Shown in pieces: positions 39,064 through 50,104 of a DNA stretch of 64,000 nt (position 1 is its first letter; every line of letters starts with the position of its first letter). The stretch comes from a virus, in the IMG/VR virus record IMGVR_UViG_3300027714_000005. One strand, 5' to 3'. The position numbers were made by a program, and so were the translations under genes. The notes beneath the pieces are model-generated. The model ran no database searches, had not been told where the DNA came from, and saw only the letters and a program-made list of their open reading frames with translations.

Positions 39064-40095
39064 ATGGCACGACAGACACTAAACAGAGGATCAGCGGCAA
39101 ATGACGGAACGGGTGACACCCTTCGCATTGCAGCTCAGAAGATCAATGAGAACTTTTCGGAACTCTATACCAGTATTGGTGGTGATTCGGCAACAACTAG
39201 CGTAACACTTACCGCTATTGGTGCTGTGTTCGAAGGTTCGATTGCCGATGGTCACGAGACAAACTTAATCGCGGTCAATCCGACTGGGGATAGGGATGTT
39301 TATATCCCGAATGCTAGTGGCACTATCGTGTTAGATTCTGATACGCAGACCTTGACTAACAAGACTATTCTTGTTCCGATAATGACAACCCCTAAGATTC
39401 GTGATGCGAACGCAAGTCATACCTACAATGTTACTGTAGGCGACATCAGTGCGAATCGTAACATCGCTCTTCCTGTATTGGGTGCGGGTGATACCTTTGT
39501 ATTTGAGAATCACACACAAACTTTAACCAACAAAACACTAACCTCACCAAGTTTGGTAAACATCAAGTTGGGTGGTTTATCCGGTGGTTCGTTACTACTA
39601 GACAGTTCTAGTAATGAGTACTTAAAGTTTGTTAAGACTGCAAGTGCGGTTAACTTTGTTACCGTCACAAACTCTGCGACAGGTAATGCAGCTGCAATCG
39701 ATGTTGACGGTGGTGATACTAATATCAGTCTGAAGATTGGTGCAAAGGGTACTGGTGCAGTACAGATTATAAACAAACTTGTTCTTGAAAAGGGAACAGA
39801 TGTTGCAACTACAACTGCTGTAGATTTGTCCGAACCATTAACAGTATTTAACTCTGGTAGTCTGATTCTTCCGACTATCGGAGACGGCACTATTCAAGCT
39901 GAAGTAAAACACTTCAGTAATGTAGGTGCTGGTGAAGTAAGATTACAAGCAGGAAGTACAACTAAAATATTTGGTTGTAATAACAATGGTTACGTTTCCT
40001 TCGGTGAAGGTGACGGATGTATACTAGTATGGAACACAACAAAAAGCAAATGGTTTTTTGTGTCTAATAACGGCACAACAATAGTGAACCCCTAA
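39064..40095 (+). CDS. Baseplate/tail-fibre connector, gp9/gp10-like N-terminus
   Basis: MARQ.LN.G..ANDGTGDTLR.A..KINENF.ELY; TQTLTNKT repeats. Confidence 0.75.
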   Translation: MARQTLNRGSAANDGTGDTLRIAAQKINENFSELYTSIGGDSATTSVTLTAIGAVFEGSIADGHETNLIAVNPTGDRDVYIPNASGTIVLDSDTQTLTNKTILVPIMTTPKIRDANASHTYNVTVGDISANRNIALPVLGAGDTFVFENHTQTLTNKTLTSPSLVNIKLGGLSGGSLLLDSSSNEYLKFVKTASAVNFVTVTNSATGNAAAIDVDGGDTNISLKIGAKGTGAVQIINKLVLEKGTDVATTTAVDLSEPLTVFNSGSLILPTIGDGTIQAEVKHFSNVGAGEVRLQAGSTTKIFGCNNNGYVSFGEGDGCILVWNTTKSKWFFVSNNGTTIVNP

Positions 40096-40107
40096 AGGAT
40101 AAAAGAA

Positions 40108-41466
40108 ATGGCGATTATTACTAATCCAATTAAAAAGCAAGTGATCCAAGCTCTGAAGACTGATGTCGAGTTATCGAGCACACATTACTTTGCGGTAATT
40201 GGTCGTTCAGAAGATTGGAACGCAACTGACACTGCACCGTCCCCACTCAATTCTAGGAAAGAAGAGAGAGATTTCCGTCTGTCTGCACAGTCTGCGAAGA
40301 AAGTAATTGACCTTTCATTTGTTGTTCCTCGTTACAACTGGTCTTCTGGTGCAATTTATTCACGATACGATGATGCTGTAGTTGGGTATCCAACACAGAC
40401 ATACTATGTCATGAACGACAACAACCAAGTTTATATGTGTATACAACAGGGACAGAACGTTTCTGGTCAAGCACAGGTATCTACGGTTCAACCTAGTGGT
40501 AACACAACGGGTATTCCTTTTGACACTGCGGATGGATACATCTGGAAGTTCTTGTACTCTATTGGTGCGTTGGACGCGACTAAGTTTGTTTCTGCAAACT
40601 ACCTTCCAGTAACATTGGTTGGTACTACCGACTCGGATTCTCCGGCTGCAATCATAGAACAAAAGACTATTCAGAACGCTGCGGTAGTGGGACAGGTTAT
40701 TGGTTATGCAGTTGATTCGGGTGGTGCTGGTTATTCCTCTTCACCGACAATCACCGTTTCTGGTAACGGAACAAAGGCAAAAGCAAACTCCTTCATCTCT
40801 GGTGGTGCGGTAACTAAGGTTACATTGATCGATAGTTCTGGTTTATACACACTTGGTTCTGGATATAATTGGGCAGAAGTTACTATTACTGGTGGTGGTT
40901 CTCCAACCAAACCCGCCTCAATCCGTCCAATCTTATCTACTCCATTAGGATTAGGTGGAGACCCAAGAGACGATTTGCGATCAACAGCAATCATGTTTAA
41001 CACAAAACCTTCTGGTACAGAATCAACGGACTTTATTGTTGGTAATGATTTCCGTCAGGTTGGTCTGTTAAAGAATCCAATGGATTCAAGTGGTAGCACT
41101 TTGTTTACAGAAACTACAGGCATAGCTCTGAAGAAAATAAACCTGTCCACAGTGACTGCTGATTTCACCGCAGATAATACCATCAAAGGTAGTACATCTG
41201 GAATCGAAGCAATCATTGACAAAGTTGACAGTTCTAATGTTTGGTATCACCAGACTTCAGTAACGGGATTTGGAAACTTCGCTCAAGGTGAGGCAGTTAC
41301 AGAAACTAACGGAACTGGTGTTGGTGTATTGAATTCAAGTGTAACTCCATATTATGAACCTGAGATAGATACTATGTCTGGAGAACTACTATATATTGAT
41401 AACCGTGCTTCTATTACACGTGCTTCAGACCAGACCGAAGATATTAAACTCGTAATCCAAATTTAA
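40108..41466 (+). CDS. gp8: Baseplate wedge protein gp8
   Basis: IGR...W, VVPRYNW.SG..Y, YYVM.....VY.C, DGYIWKFLY, NDFRQVGLLKNP, SGELLYIDNR..I.R..DQTEDIKLVI. Confidence 0.9.
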   Translation: MAIITNPIKKQVIQALKTDVELSSTHYFAVIGRSEDWNATDTAPSPLNSRKEERDFRLSAQSAKKVIDLSFVVPRYNWSSGAIYSRYDDAVVGYPTQTYYVMNDNNQVYMCIQQGQNVSGQAQVSTVQPSGNTTGIPFDTADGYIWKFLYSIGALDATKFVSANYLPVTLVGTTDSDSPAAIIEQKTIQNAAVVGQVIGYAVDSGGAGYSSSPTITVSGNGTKAKANSFISGGAVTKVTLIDSSGLYTLGSGYNWAEVTITGGGSPTKPASIRPILSTPLGLGGDPRDDLRSTAIMFNTKPSGTESTDFIVGNDFRQVGLLKNPMDSSGSTLFTETTGIALKKINLSTVTADFTADNTIKGSTSGIEAIIDKVDSSNVWYHQTSVTGFGNFAQGEAVTETNGTGVGVLNSSVTPYYEPEIDTMSGELLYIDNRASITRASDQTEDIKLVIQI

Positions 41467-41477
41467 GGTTATAACCG

Positions 41478-44400
41478 ATGCCAAAGACATTTACATCCAA
41501 CGTATTCTCTTCCTCTTATAAGGATGATTTTACCGCTTCCGATAACTACCATCGAGTATTATTTAATAGCGGACGTGCTTTGCAAGCAAGGGAACTTACC
41601 CAATTGCAAACCATCATCCAAGAAGAAATAGGGCGATTTGGTCGAAACATATTTAAAGAAGGTGCTGCGGTAAATCCTGGCGGCCCTACTATTACGAACG
41701 ATTACGAGTTTGTCAAACTAAACACTGCAACCTATTCACTTCCCAGTGACATAAGTACTCTAGTTGGTGTAACCCTTACGGGTGCAACTTCTTCGGTGCA
41801 AGCAAAGGTAATTGAAGTAGTTGTTGCAACTGGCAGTGACCCTGCAACGTTGTACGTACAATACATTAACACTTCTTCGGGTTTAGCTGGTGAGAACACA
41901 ATTCGTTTAACTGCTAACGAAGTACTAATTAATGCTTCTGGTTCGAATCTACAGATTGCGACTGCTGTCGGTACTGACCTCCCTATCGGTAGAGGTTGTA
42001 AGATTGCAAACGCATCGGGTGACTTCTTTACTCGTGGCCACTTCGTGTTCGCGACTGGTCAATCAATCATTCTGTCCAAGTACTCCAGATATCCTACTAA
42101 GGTTGTTGGTTTTAAAGTAACAGAAGACATTATCACTGTTTCTGATACCACTGATCTATACGACAATCAGGGTGCCACACCCAACCTGTCTTCGCCTGGC
42201 GCAGATAGATATCGTATCCGACTCACACTAACCACTGAAGACCTAGTGGCAACAGACGAAAACTTTGTCTACTACTGTGATGTCGTAGATGGAAATATCG
42301 TTGATCAGGTAACTGGTGCTGACGATTATAACAAAATTGCAGACACACTTGCACGTAGAACTAGTGAAGAATCTGGTAACTACATTGTCAATCCATTCAC
42401 TGTTGACTTTACTGACTCTGGTACTAATACCATTGCTACTATATCAGATGGTGTTGCATATGTCAATGGTTATCGTGGTGCAACCGAAAAACCTACTCCA
42501 TTAACTATTGCTAAACCTCGCGAAACCGCAGTTGTTCCAAACGAAGTTGCTGGTATCTCTTATGGACAGTATTTCATATGTGACGATCTCAAGGGTAGAT
42601 TAGACATTCGTACTAATGAGACACTGAATTTATCTACATCAACAACCAACCCTGCCGCAAGTATTATTGGTACTGCGAGAATTCGTGCTGTAGAAGAAGA
42701 TGGTTCGAACTTCCGTGTATACCTGTTCGACATTAAAATGAACAGTGGTCAAAACTTACGTAACATTAAGACTATTGGCACATCTACAATTAAACGTGCA
42801 ATACCAGTCTTCGAGGGTGGTAAAGCGTTCATCAAAGAGTCTCGACAAACAAACTTGGTGTTTGGTTTACCAAACCCTCGTCCTAGAATCGTTAGTGACG
42901 TTGATTTCGAAGTTCAACGAGTATTTGTTGAAACTGCCAGTGGTGGTGCGTTTACACTTAACCTTACTACTACCGGAGAAACATTCGTCAACACTTCTCA
43001 GTGGATTGTTGTTAAAGACACTGACGGTGTAGTGGTCACCAATGCCACATTCGGTTCCGTAGGTACACAAAGTCTTACTGTTAGTAACTTAACCAATGTA
43101 GCACACACAGTATATGCAAAGGTAAATAAAGCAGCTCCTGCTGTTCGTCAGAAGACTCTTGTTACAACTACAAAGACTGCCGCAGTCGAATCTGATGGTG
43201 CTGGTATTTTGTTTGTTGGTTTAGATGTAACAGATATTCAAAGTGTTCAATCAGTAAAACAAACAAATGTTAACGGTGCGGACATCTCGCATCTATTCAC
43301 ATTAGATAACGGTCAACGTGCCGGTTACTATGACAATGGTCGTATGTTACTTGAGACTGGTGCAAGTGCACCGTCTGGTAATGTCTATGTTGGATTCAAA
43401 CACTTCACCCACGGTGCGGGTGATTTCTTTGCCGTAAACTCCTATATTGGTCAGGTTAATTACGAAGACATCCCAACCTTCAATACTGGTATACGTAACG
43501 GTACTGTTAATCTACGTGATGTAATTGATTTCCGCAATGGTGTTAACGCTAGTGGTGTGTTCACAAATACTACTGCAACAGAGATTCCTACAAACGGAGA
43601 CATCTTCCAAGCAGACGTAGAATACTACCTACCTCGTGCGGATAAGGTTGTTGTTACCAATCAAGGTGAAGTTAAGAACATTATGGGTGAAGCCGGTTTC
43701 GGTTCGATGGTTCCTGCTACACCAGAGAACACATTAGCACTATTCCAGTTGCAACACAATGCATATGGTCTAAATGATTCTGATGTTGTTGTTGTACCAT
43801 TTAAAGCAAAACGATTCACTATGGGTGACATCTCCAGACTGGAAGATAGAATCGATAAAATCGAAGAAGCAACTTCATTGAGTCTTCTTGAACTCGAAAC
43901 CGCTTCACTACTAGTATTAGATAGTGACGGTAACCCAAGAACTAAGTCGGGATTCTTTGTTGATAACTTCTCAAGTAGATCATTCTCTGATGCTGATAAC
44001 GTTGAGTATCGTGCTGCCATCGACCCCTCAAGAGGATTCTTATCAGTACCCACTCTAGAAGATGATGTAATCCTTGCATATGATTCCTCTAAGTCAACTA
44101 ACACTATCATGAAAGGTGATACTGTTTACTTGAACTATACGGACTCTGCAACTATTACACAGACCTTAGTAACTGGTACTGAGAACGTCAACCCATTTGC
44201 AGTTATTACTGGTGAGGGTAACATTACGTTATCTCCAGCAACTGATAACTGGTTCCAGACAAAGTACGCCCCAGCAAACATAATTAATGCTACCAAAACT
44301 GAGAATGTTAATGTTAATCTAGGTAATATCCAAAGTAATATCATTACGCAAGAATTACCAGATGCAAATAAATGGAAGTGGGATATAGGTAACTCGTGGA

Positions 44401-46679
44401 CACCCGTTGCCGGTTTTGGTCAGATTCCAAATGAACTTCGTTCGGGTTGGAGAGGAACTCCTGCTTGGAACTGGAGAGGTGTACCTGCCGAAAGTACCAG
44501 AGTTGTGGATGTTGGTAACAACAACGGTGGTCGTGCTGGCCAAGACTTCAACGTTGTTAGGTCTTTCTCCAACCGTATTGTTGTTGGTGAGAAGACTATA
44601 CGTAAAGTCGTTGGTGAGAAGACTGTATCGTTGACATTCCTTCCCTTCATTCGTGCACGTAAAGTGTTCTTTAAGGCAGAAGGTTTACGTCCTCAGACAC
44701 GATTCTTCCCATTCTTCGATGGTACTCCTGTTGCAGACTTCTGTAGAGAAGAGACATTTAAACGTTATGGCGCACTTGCAACAGACGTATCATACTCTAA
44801 CGCAAACCGTAGAGCAACTGCACACCCCCAAGGTGCGTCTAACCTTGAGACTGATGCTAACGGTGTTATTGAAGGTTCGTTCTTTATTCCTTCATCCGAA
44901 ACCAAACGTTTCCGTGCTGGTACACGAGAGTTCAAACTCTTGGACATTAGTAAGAATGATGACGCAGCTGCGTTATCTCGTGCATCTTTCAACTATACCG
45001 CACAAGGTACTTTGGATACACGACAAGAGACTATTACCTCAACTCGTATCACACAGACTAGAACTCGTAGATGGACTACAACAACACGAGTTAAAGTAAC
45101 TGACCCATTAGCACAGTCATTCTTTGTGACCAACCCTAGTGGTATCTTTGTAACTAAGATTCAGACTTACTTTAAGAGTAAGGACGCTACTGGTATTCCG
45201 ATTCAGTTACAAATTCGTCCAATGGTTAATGGTCATCCAAGTTCGACTGAGATTCATGCTCAGTCTATTAAGTTCTTGAATTCCTCTGCGGTTGCTATAC
45301 CGTCTGCACAGACACAAACAGCAGTTACCGCTGCACCAACAACATTCGAGTTTGATGAACCAATCTTCTTGAATCCCGACACAGAGTATGCTATTGTTCT
45401 ACTTGCGGAATCTATTGAGTATGAAGCATATGTTGCTGAAACATACGCATACGAATTAGGTTCTACCGAGAAGAGAATCTCTCGTCAACCTTCTATGGGT
45501 TCATTGTTTAAGTCACAGAACGGTACGACTTGGGAACCAGATCAGACTAAAGACCTTGCATTCAAAATCTTTACTGCTCAGTTTGTTTCTTCAGGTACTG
45601 CGGTGTTTGAGAACCGTGATGTAGAACCATCTGCACTGGAAAACAACCCAGTGTACATGAACGCTGCACATGGTGCTGACAGTGACCAAGTAACACTACT
45701 ATGTTCTAACCACGGTTTCAACTTAGGTGACACGGTTACTGTATCTGGTCTAGTCCCCGCAACAACCTACAACGGTGTCAAAGGTTCGTCTATCAATGGT
45801 GCGAGAACGATTACTCGTGCAGATGGATTTGGTGTCAGATTCAATGCCGACTCGGCCGCAACCTCTTCAGGTAGATTTGGTGCAGAGTTGATCACAATCG
45901 ATAAACAGATTCAATATGATGTTGCGTCACCTAACATGACCACACTATTACCGGATGACACTACACTTACTTACCAAACTAAGTTAACTTCTGGTAAGTC
46001 ACTTGCAGCGGTATCTGGTAGTCAGGTTAAGTATGCTAGGGATACTGCGTACTCAAGTGAAGTTGTTATCGGAGATGAGAACTACTTCGCAACTCCACGA
46101 TTGGTTGCTAACGCTGCAAACGAAACTGCTGAACTGGGTTCGGGTGAACGGTCTGTATCTGTCAAGGTTGCGATGGCAACGACACGTTCTGCGGTATCTC
46201 CGATCATCGATACACAGGGTGCGTCACTATCAACGGAATCGAATCAGATTGATAATCAGGTTGCCAGTGGTACTGAGAATGGTGTCAACATCCCATTGAC
46301 TTACTCTGCGGAAACTAATGCGTTCGGTGGTTCTTCACTTGCCAAACATATGAGTACTGTTGCAACACTAGACTCCCATGCTGTTGGTATGAAAGTACTA
46401 CTTGCCGCAATAAGACCTTCCGGTAGTCACATCGATGTTTACTTCAGAACAGGTACTGAAGGTACTGATATCTATAGTACTTCATGGATACTAGCTTCAC
46501 AAGAAACGACTGTTGCACCCGATGATAGAAACTTCCGTGAGTATCGTTACATGATTGGTGGTGATACCGGAACAATAGATGCATTCACTGAGTATCAATT
46601 CAAGATTGTATTCCGTGGTAATAACTCATCCAAGGTTCCGTTCATACGAGACTTTAGAGCTATTGCGATGGCAACATAA
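41478..46679 (+). CDS. Large virion structural protein (VrlC/DUF4815-like)
   Basis: Y.DDF....NYHRVLF..GRALQARELTQLQT, PGADRY, LARRT.EESGNY.V.PF, RFTM.DI..LE.RI, GFFVDNF, DPLAQSF, GSLFKSQN..TW. Confidence 0.85.
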   Translation: MPKTFTSNVFSSSYKDDFTASDNYHRVLFNSGRALQARELTQLQTIIQEEIGRFGRNIFKEGAAVNPGGPTITNDYEFVKLNTATYSLPSDISTLVGVTLTGATSSVQAKVIEVVVATGSDPATLYVQYINTSSGLAGENTIRLTANEVLINASGSNLQIATAVGTDLPIGRGCKIANASGDFFTRGHFVFATGQSIILSKYSRYPTKVVGFKVTEDIITVSDTTDLYDNQGATPNLSSPGADRYRIRLTLTTEDLVATDENFVYYCDVVDGNIVDQVTGADDYNKIADTLARRTSEESGNYIVNPFTVDFTDSGTNTIATISDGVAYVNGYRGATEKPTPLTIAKPRETAVVPNEVAGISYGQYFICDDLKGRLDIRTNETLNLSTSTTNPAASIIGTARIRAVEEDGSNFRVYLFDIKMNSGQNLRNIKTIGTSTIKRAIPVFEGGKAFIKESRQTNLVFGLPNPRPRIVSDVDFEVQRVFVETASGGAFTLNLTTTGETFVNTSQWIVVKDTDGVVVTNATFGSVGTQSLTVSNLTNVAHTVYAKVNKAAPAVRQKTLVTTTKTAAVESDGAGILFVGLDVTDIQSVQSVKQTNVNGADISHLFTLDNGQRAGYYDNGRMLLETGASAPSGNVYVGFKHFTHGAGDFFAVNSYIGQVNYEDIPTFNTGIRNGTVNLRDVIDFRNGVNASGVFTNTTATEIPTNGDIFQADVEYYLPRADKVVVTNQGEVKNIMGEAGFGSMVPATPENTLALFQLQHNAYGLNDSDVVVVPFKAKRFTMGDISRLEDRIDKIEEATSLSLLELETASLLVLDSDGNPRTKSGFFVDNFSSRSFSDADNVEYRAAIDPSRGFLSVPTLEDDVILAYDSSKSTNTIMKGDTVYLNYTDSATITQTLVTGTENVNPFAVITGEGNITLSPATDNWFQTKYAPANIINATKTENVNVNLGNIQSNIITQELPDANKWKWDIGNSWTPVAGFGQIPNELRSGWRGTPAWNWRGVPAESTRVVDVGNNNGGRAGQDFNVVRSFSNRIVVGEKTIRKVVGEKTVSLTFLPFIRARKVFFKAEGLRPQTRFFPFFDGTPVADFCREETFKRYGALATDVSYSNANRRATAHPQGASNLETDANGVIEGSFFIPSSETKRFRAGTREFKLLDISKNDDAAALSRASFNYTAQGTLDTRQETITSTRITQTRTRRWTTTTRVKVTDPLAQSFFVTNPSGIFVTKIQTYFKSKDATGIPIQLQIRPMVNGHPSSTEIHAQSIKFLNSSAVAIPSAQTQTAVTAAPTTFEFDEPIFLNPDTEYAIVLLAESIEYEAYVAETYAYELGSTEKRISRQPSMGSLFKSQNGTTWEPDQTKDLAFKIFTAQFVSSGTAVFENRDVEPSALENNPVYMNAAHGADSDQVTLLCSNHGFNLGDTVTVSGLVPATTYNGVKGSSINGARTITRADGFGVRFNADSAATSSGRFGAELITIDKQIQYDVASPNMTTLLPDDTTLTYQTKLTSGKSLAAVSGSQVKYARDTAYSSEVVIGDENYFATPRLVANAANETAELGSGERSVSVKVAMATTRSAVSPIIDTQGASLSTESNQIDNQVASGTENGVNIPLTYSAETNAFGGSSLAKHMSTVATLDSHAVGMKVLLAAIRPSGSHIDVYFRTGTEGTDIYSTSWILASQETTVAPDDRNFREYRYMIGGDTGTIDAFTEYQFKIVFRGNNSSKVPFIRDFRAIAMAT

Positions 46680-46888
46680 TGGCATCTAGACTAATTAATG
46701 TCGCAGGAAACCCGAATTTGGCAAGATGTCCAAGTTCGGGTGCTATTATTAATATAAATAAAGATGAGATAGAAAAATCACGTGCATTGAAGAGTGCTAG
46801 ACAAAACAAAGATAAAGAGTTCCGTGAGTTGAGACAAGATGTCAATGACCTGAAAGAACTCCTCAATAAACTGGTAGAGAAACTGTAA
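46679..46888 (+). CDS. Small hypothetical virion-associated protein
   Basis: V.G.PNL.R...SGAIIN plus C-terminal coiled coil; TAATG couplings on both sides. Confidence 0.7.
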   Translation: MASRLINVAGNPNLARCPSSGAIININKDEIEKSRALKSARQNKDKEFRELRQDVNDLKELLNKLVEKL

Positions 46889-47973
46889 TGGCAAATAAAC
46901 CGACAATTACTGATATTCAGGATACGTTTACCACATTAGTATCCAACCTAAACATCATCTCGTTGGATTTGGGTGCTGCGGGTCGATTAAACACAAGCGA
47001 AGATTCCGACCACACTTCTGCTATCAATGAGTTAGAACTTGGTATTCGTGGTACATCAAATAACCTAGTCGCAGTAGACCTTGCAGACTTTACCGCAAAC
47101 AACATCGTATCTGCACTACATGAAATTGATAGTGACCTTCACGGTGCTGGTGGTGGTAACGCAAAGGCAGACTTGACAACCAATGCGAATGATATTGTAT
47201 CAGGTGTTAATGAACTTGAATTGGGTATCAGGGGAACTAATAACGGACTGGTTGCATCTATCCTATCAACTACCGCAAATGACCTAGTATTGGCCATTGG
47301 TGAACTTGATAGTGACATTGGTGCAAGACCACACACAACTCTTACAACTAGTTCGAAGAATCTTACTGCTGCGGTCAATGAACATGATGCAGAGTTGGGT
47401 ACGATCACTGCGGTTGCGATGGGTACAACTGCCTCTACGGTATCAACCGCAATTAAAGAACTAGAAATAGAGATTGATACACTCAATACCTTTGTTGAAC
47501 CTACACAGTCATTGACCACTACTGCGGGTACTGTTGCGGATGCGATCAACGAACACGATGCAGAGATTGGTTCTGCATCTCTCAATACCTCTGCGACCAC
47601 ACTACGTGGTGCAATCAACGAGTTACATACCGAGGTTGGTTCTGCAATTGGTAGTACACACAACACTACCACTGGTAATATTGGTGCATCTCTCAACTCC
47701 CTAGATAGTGCTGTAGGTAACCTTGCTGATTTAAGTACAGACATCACTGCGAGTGGACATGGTAACATTGTCGGTGCATTGAATGTTATGCAAGCAGATA
47801 TTGAAGCACTTGATAGCAGTAATATCGCTTCAAACCAAGCATTGGGTTCACTAAACCTATTAGATTCTGATGGATTTGTTAATTCAGAAAGAACGAATTT
47901 TGTAAATGCCCTAAACGCGCTGAGAGCGGACATTCCACTCATCTACAACGCTAGCGGAACTCAACTCAATTAA
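46888..47973 (+). CDS. Fibritin/whisker-like segmented coiled-coil fibre protein
   Basis: Repeated L.T.A..(I/L)V.A(I/V)NE(L/H)D..IG units; TATAAATA at 46753-46760. Confidence 0.65.
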   Translation: MANKPTITDIQDTFTTLVSNLNIISLDLGAAGRLNTSEDSDHTSAINELELGIRGTSNNLVAVDLADFTANNIVSALHEIDSDLHGAGGGNAKADLTTNANDIVSGVNELELGIRGTNNGLVASILSTTANDLVLAIGELDSDIGARPHTTLTTSSKNLTAAVNEHDAELGTITAVAMGTTASTVSTAIKELEIEIDTLNTFVEPTQSLTTTAGTVADAINEHDAEIGSASLNTSATTLRGAINELHTEVGSAIGSTHNTTTGNIGASLNSLDSAVGNLADLSTDITASGHGNIVGALNVMQADIEALDSSNIASNQALGSLNLLDSDGFVNSERTNFVNALNALRADIPLIYNASGTQLN

Positions 47974-47991
47974 TCGGAGTATAGTGACACC

Positions 47992-50094
47992 ATGAGTAGT
48001 GTTCCATTAAAATTAAAAGACACCGCAGACTTCCAAGAAATAACTACCTCAGAAGAGAACTATCTTGCTTATCAGGTAGGTCTGGGTTTTGCGGCACTCG
48101 ATAGTTCATCTGTAAATCAGTTGGGTGTAAACCTGTCTGGTGACAATCGTACTGTAGGAACCTTTACTGATACTTCCTACGATTCGGCTATCGGAACTCA
48201 TACTAATCTTCTTTCGACAACAAGTATATCCACGGTAATTCGACAGAAGGCTGGTACTGCCACTATCTCTGGTAACGACTATCGTGTTCTAGTATCACAG
48301 AGAGATAGTGACGGTCAACGAATTGTTCAGGAAATGGACGATACCAAACTGAATGTCCTTCTAGATAGAATCAATTCACGAATCTATACGTCAGATTATC
48401 CCGGCACTTACAAACTTGCAACGTCTGCCCCCAGTGGAGATTACTCAGTAAATCTTGCTAATGTAATGACAGATACAAGAACTGACGGACATTCTCTTCA
48501 GTACAACATCTATCAAAGAAATACCATGACCGCACCAACAACGGTTCGTCCGTTTGCGATTAAACGGTCTAGTGGTCAAACGGGTACGTATCAAGGTCTT
48601 CAGGAAATGACTGATGGCCAGATTAAATACTCACTTGGTATTAAAGCAAGGAATCGTACTTCCTCAACTGCGAACTCTGTTGGTACATACAAAATACTGA
48701 GTTCTTCTACAGGAACCCCAACTAATGCGGGATTCGCTGGTACGTGGCAAGCAAAGGGTACTGCAACAGATACACGTCAAACTGTTAGTAATGTTAACTA
48801 TACCCGTACCCGTAACTCGACATATTCACGACTAAGAACTTCTACCTATAGTGCAAACTATACTAGAAACCGCAGTAGTACATTCCTAAGAAATTCTACT
48901 ACTACTCGTTCGAGTACATTTTCTGCCACATATGTAACAACACGAACAAGTTCTTACTCTCCATCATTTGTTGGGGATTACATTGGTAATTTTACTACAA
49001 CTACTGCGAACACTTACACTCGCACACGGGCATCAACACTTGATTTCCTAAGAACCAGTACGGCCGGTTATACTGGTAATTATGCCCGTTTATTAGAATT
49101 CACTGGTAATTTCATTGGTAACTACACTGGTAACTATCTGGGTCAAAACTTTGGTCGATCTTTTTATAGAACACTATATGTAAGTGTTGACCAAGAGACA
49201 TTTTCCTACTCAAGTTTCTATGCCGCTGACTACTCAAGAAATCGTATTACAGACTCTACGGTTACCTCAACACGGACGAGCACATACACTAGAGCAACTG
49301 GTGGGTCTTTCACCGGCAACTACTCAAGTCAAGCTTATTATTTAGGTAACTATGTTGGTAATGTTAGTACAACTAGTACACGTACCAGTCAAAGGGTCAC
49401 TGCTAACAATTTCGCAAGAAACTTTGCTGGTAACTACGCAAGAAACTTTGTGGCAGGGTATTCTCGAAGTTTTGCTAGAGACTTTATTGGTACATCAACA
49501 ACCACCTTTACAGGTAACTTTACTGGCGACTTTACTGGTGATTACACTGGCGACTTTGTTGGTAACTTTATTGGTAACTATACAGGTGTTCGAACATATA
49601 CGGTAAGACGTGCCACATACCATGCAAAAAGTGGTAGTGCATTTTACTATACTAGACAATCTACATCGGCACCGACCGACTTTCAACGAGATCGCACCGT
49701 AAATAGAACAGCAAATTCTACAAGAACATCTACGGCCGCTTTCGCACGGAATCGGACAGTTTATTTTACTGGCAACTATGCTCGAAACTTCACTTCCACA
49801 TTTACAGGTAACTACTCAAGAAACTTTGCTCGTACTCGTTCAAGTAACTTTACGGGAGCATCTTCATTTACAAGAGACTTTGTTGGTAACTATCTAGGTA
49901 ACTATTCCAGAGTATTTAGCGCAAACTATGCAGGTAATTATTCACGAAACTTTGCGGGTAACTACACTGGTAACTATAATAGAAACTTCATCGGGGATTA
50001 TGCTAGAACCTTTACAGGTAACTATGCTAGTACAACCATTGGGTCAGGTAACGAAAACATAGAGACCTACACCATGTACGTAAGAATTGTATAA
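47992..50094 (+). CDS. Putative virion fibre protein A: globular N-domain plus GNY/RTR low-complexity region (predicted branched beta-hairpin)
   Basis: N-terminal ~265 aa paralogous to 50105-52543; repeat region 48790-50037. Confidence 0.75.
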   Translation: MSSVPLKLKDTADFQEITTSEENYLAYQVGLGFAALDSSSVNQLGVNLSGDNRTVGTFTDTSYDSAIGTHTNLLSTTSISTVIRQKAGTATISGNDYRVLVSQRDSDGQRIVQEMDDTKLNVLLDRINSRIYTSDYPGTYKLATSAPSGDYSVNLANVMTDTRTDGHSLQYNIYQRNTMTAPTTVRPFAIKRSSGQTGTYQGLQEMTDGQIKYSLGIKARNRTSSTANSVGTYKILSSSTGTPTNAGFAGTWQAKGTATDTRQTVSNVNYTRTRNSTYSRLRTSTYSANYTRNRSSTFLRNSTTTRSSTFSATYVTTRTSSYSPSFVGDYIGNFTTTTANTYTRTRASTLDFLRTSTAGYTGNYARLLEFTGNFIGNYTGNYLGQNFGRSFYRTLYVSVDQETFSYSSFYAADYSRNRITDSTVTSTRTSTYTRATGGSFTGNYSSQAYYLGNYVGNVSTTSTRTSQRVTANNFARNFAGNYARNFVAGYSRSFARDFIGTSTTTFTGNFTGDFTGDYTGDFVGNFIGNYTGVRTYTVRRATYHAKSGSAFYYTRQSTSAPTDFQRDRTVNRTANSTRTSTAAFARNRTVYFTGNYARNFTSTFTGNYSRNFARTRSSNFTGASSFTRDFVGNYLGNYSRVFSANYAGNYSRNFAGNYTGNYNRNFIGDYARTFTGNYASTTIGSGNENIETYTMYVRIV

Positions 50095-50097
50095 ATA
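50090..50097 (+). promoter_or_regulatory. T4-type late promoter
   Basis: TATAAATA overlapping the stop of fibre A, 7 nt before ATG 50105. Confidence 0.7.
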
Positions 50098-50104
50098 GGA
50101 TGAT

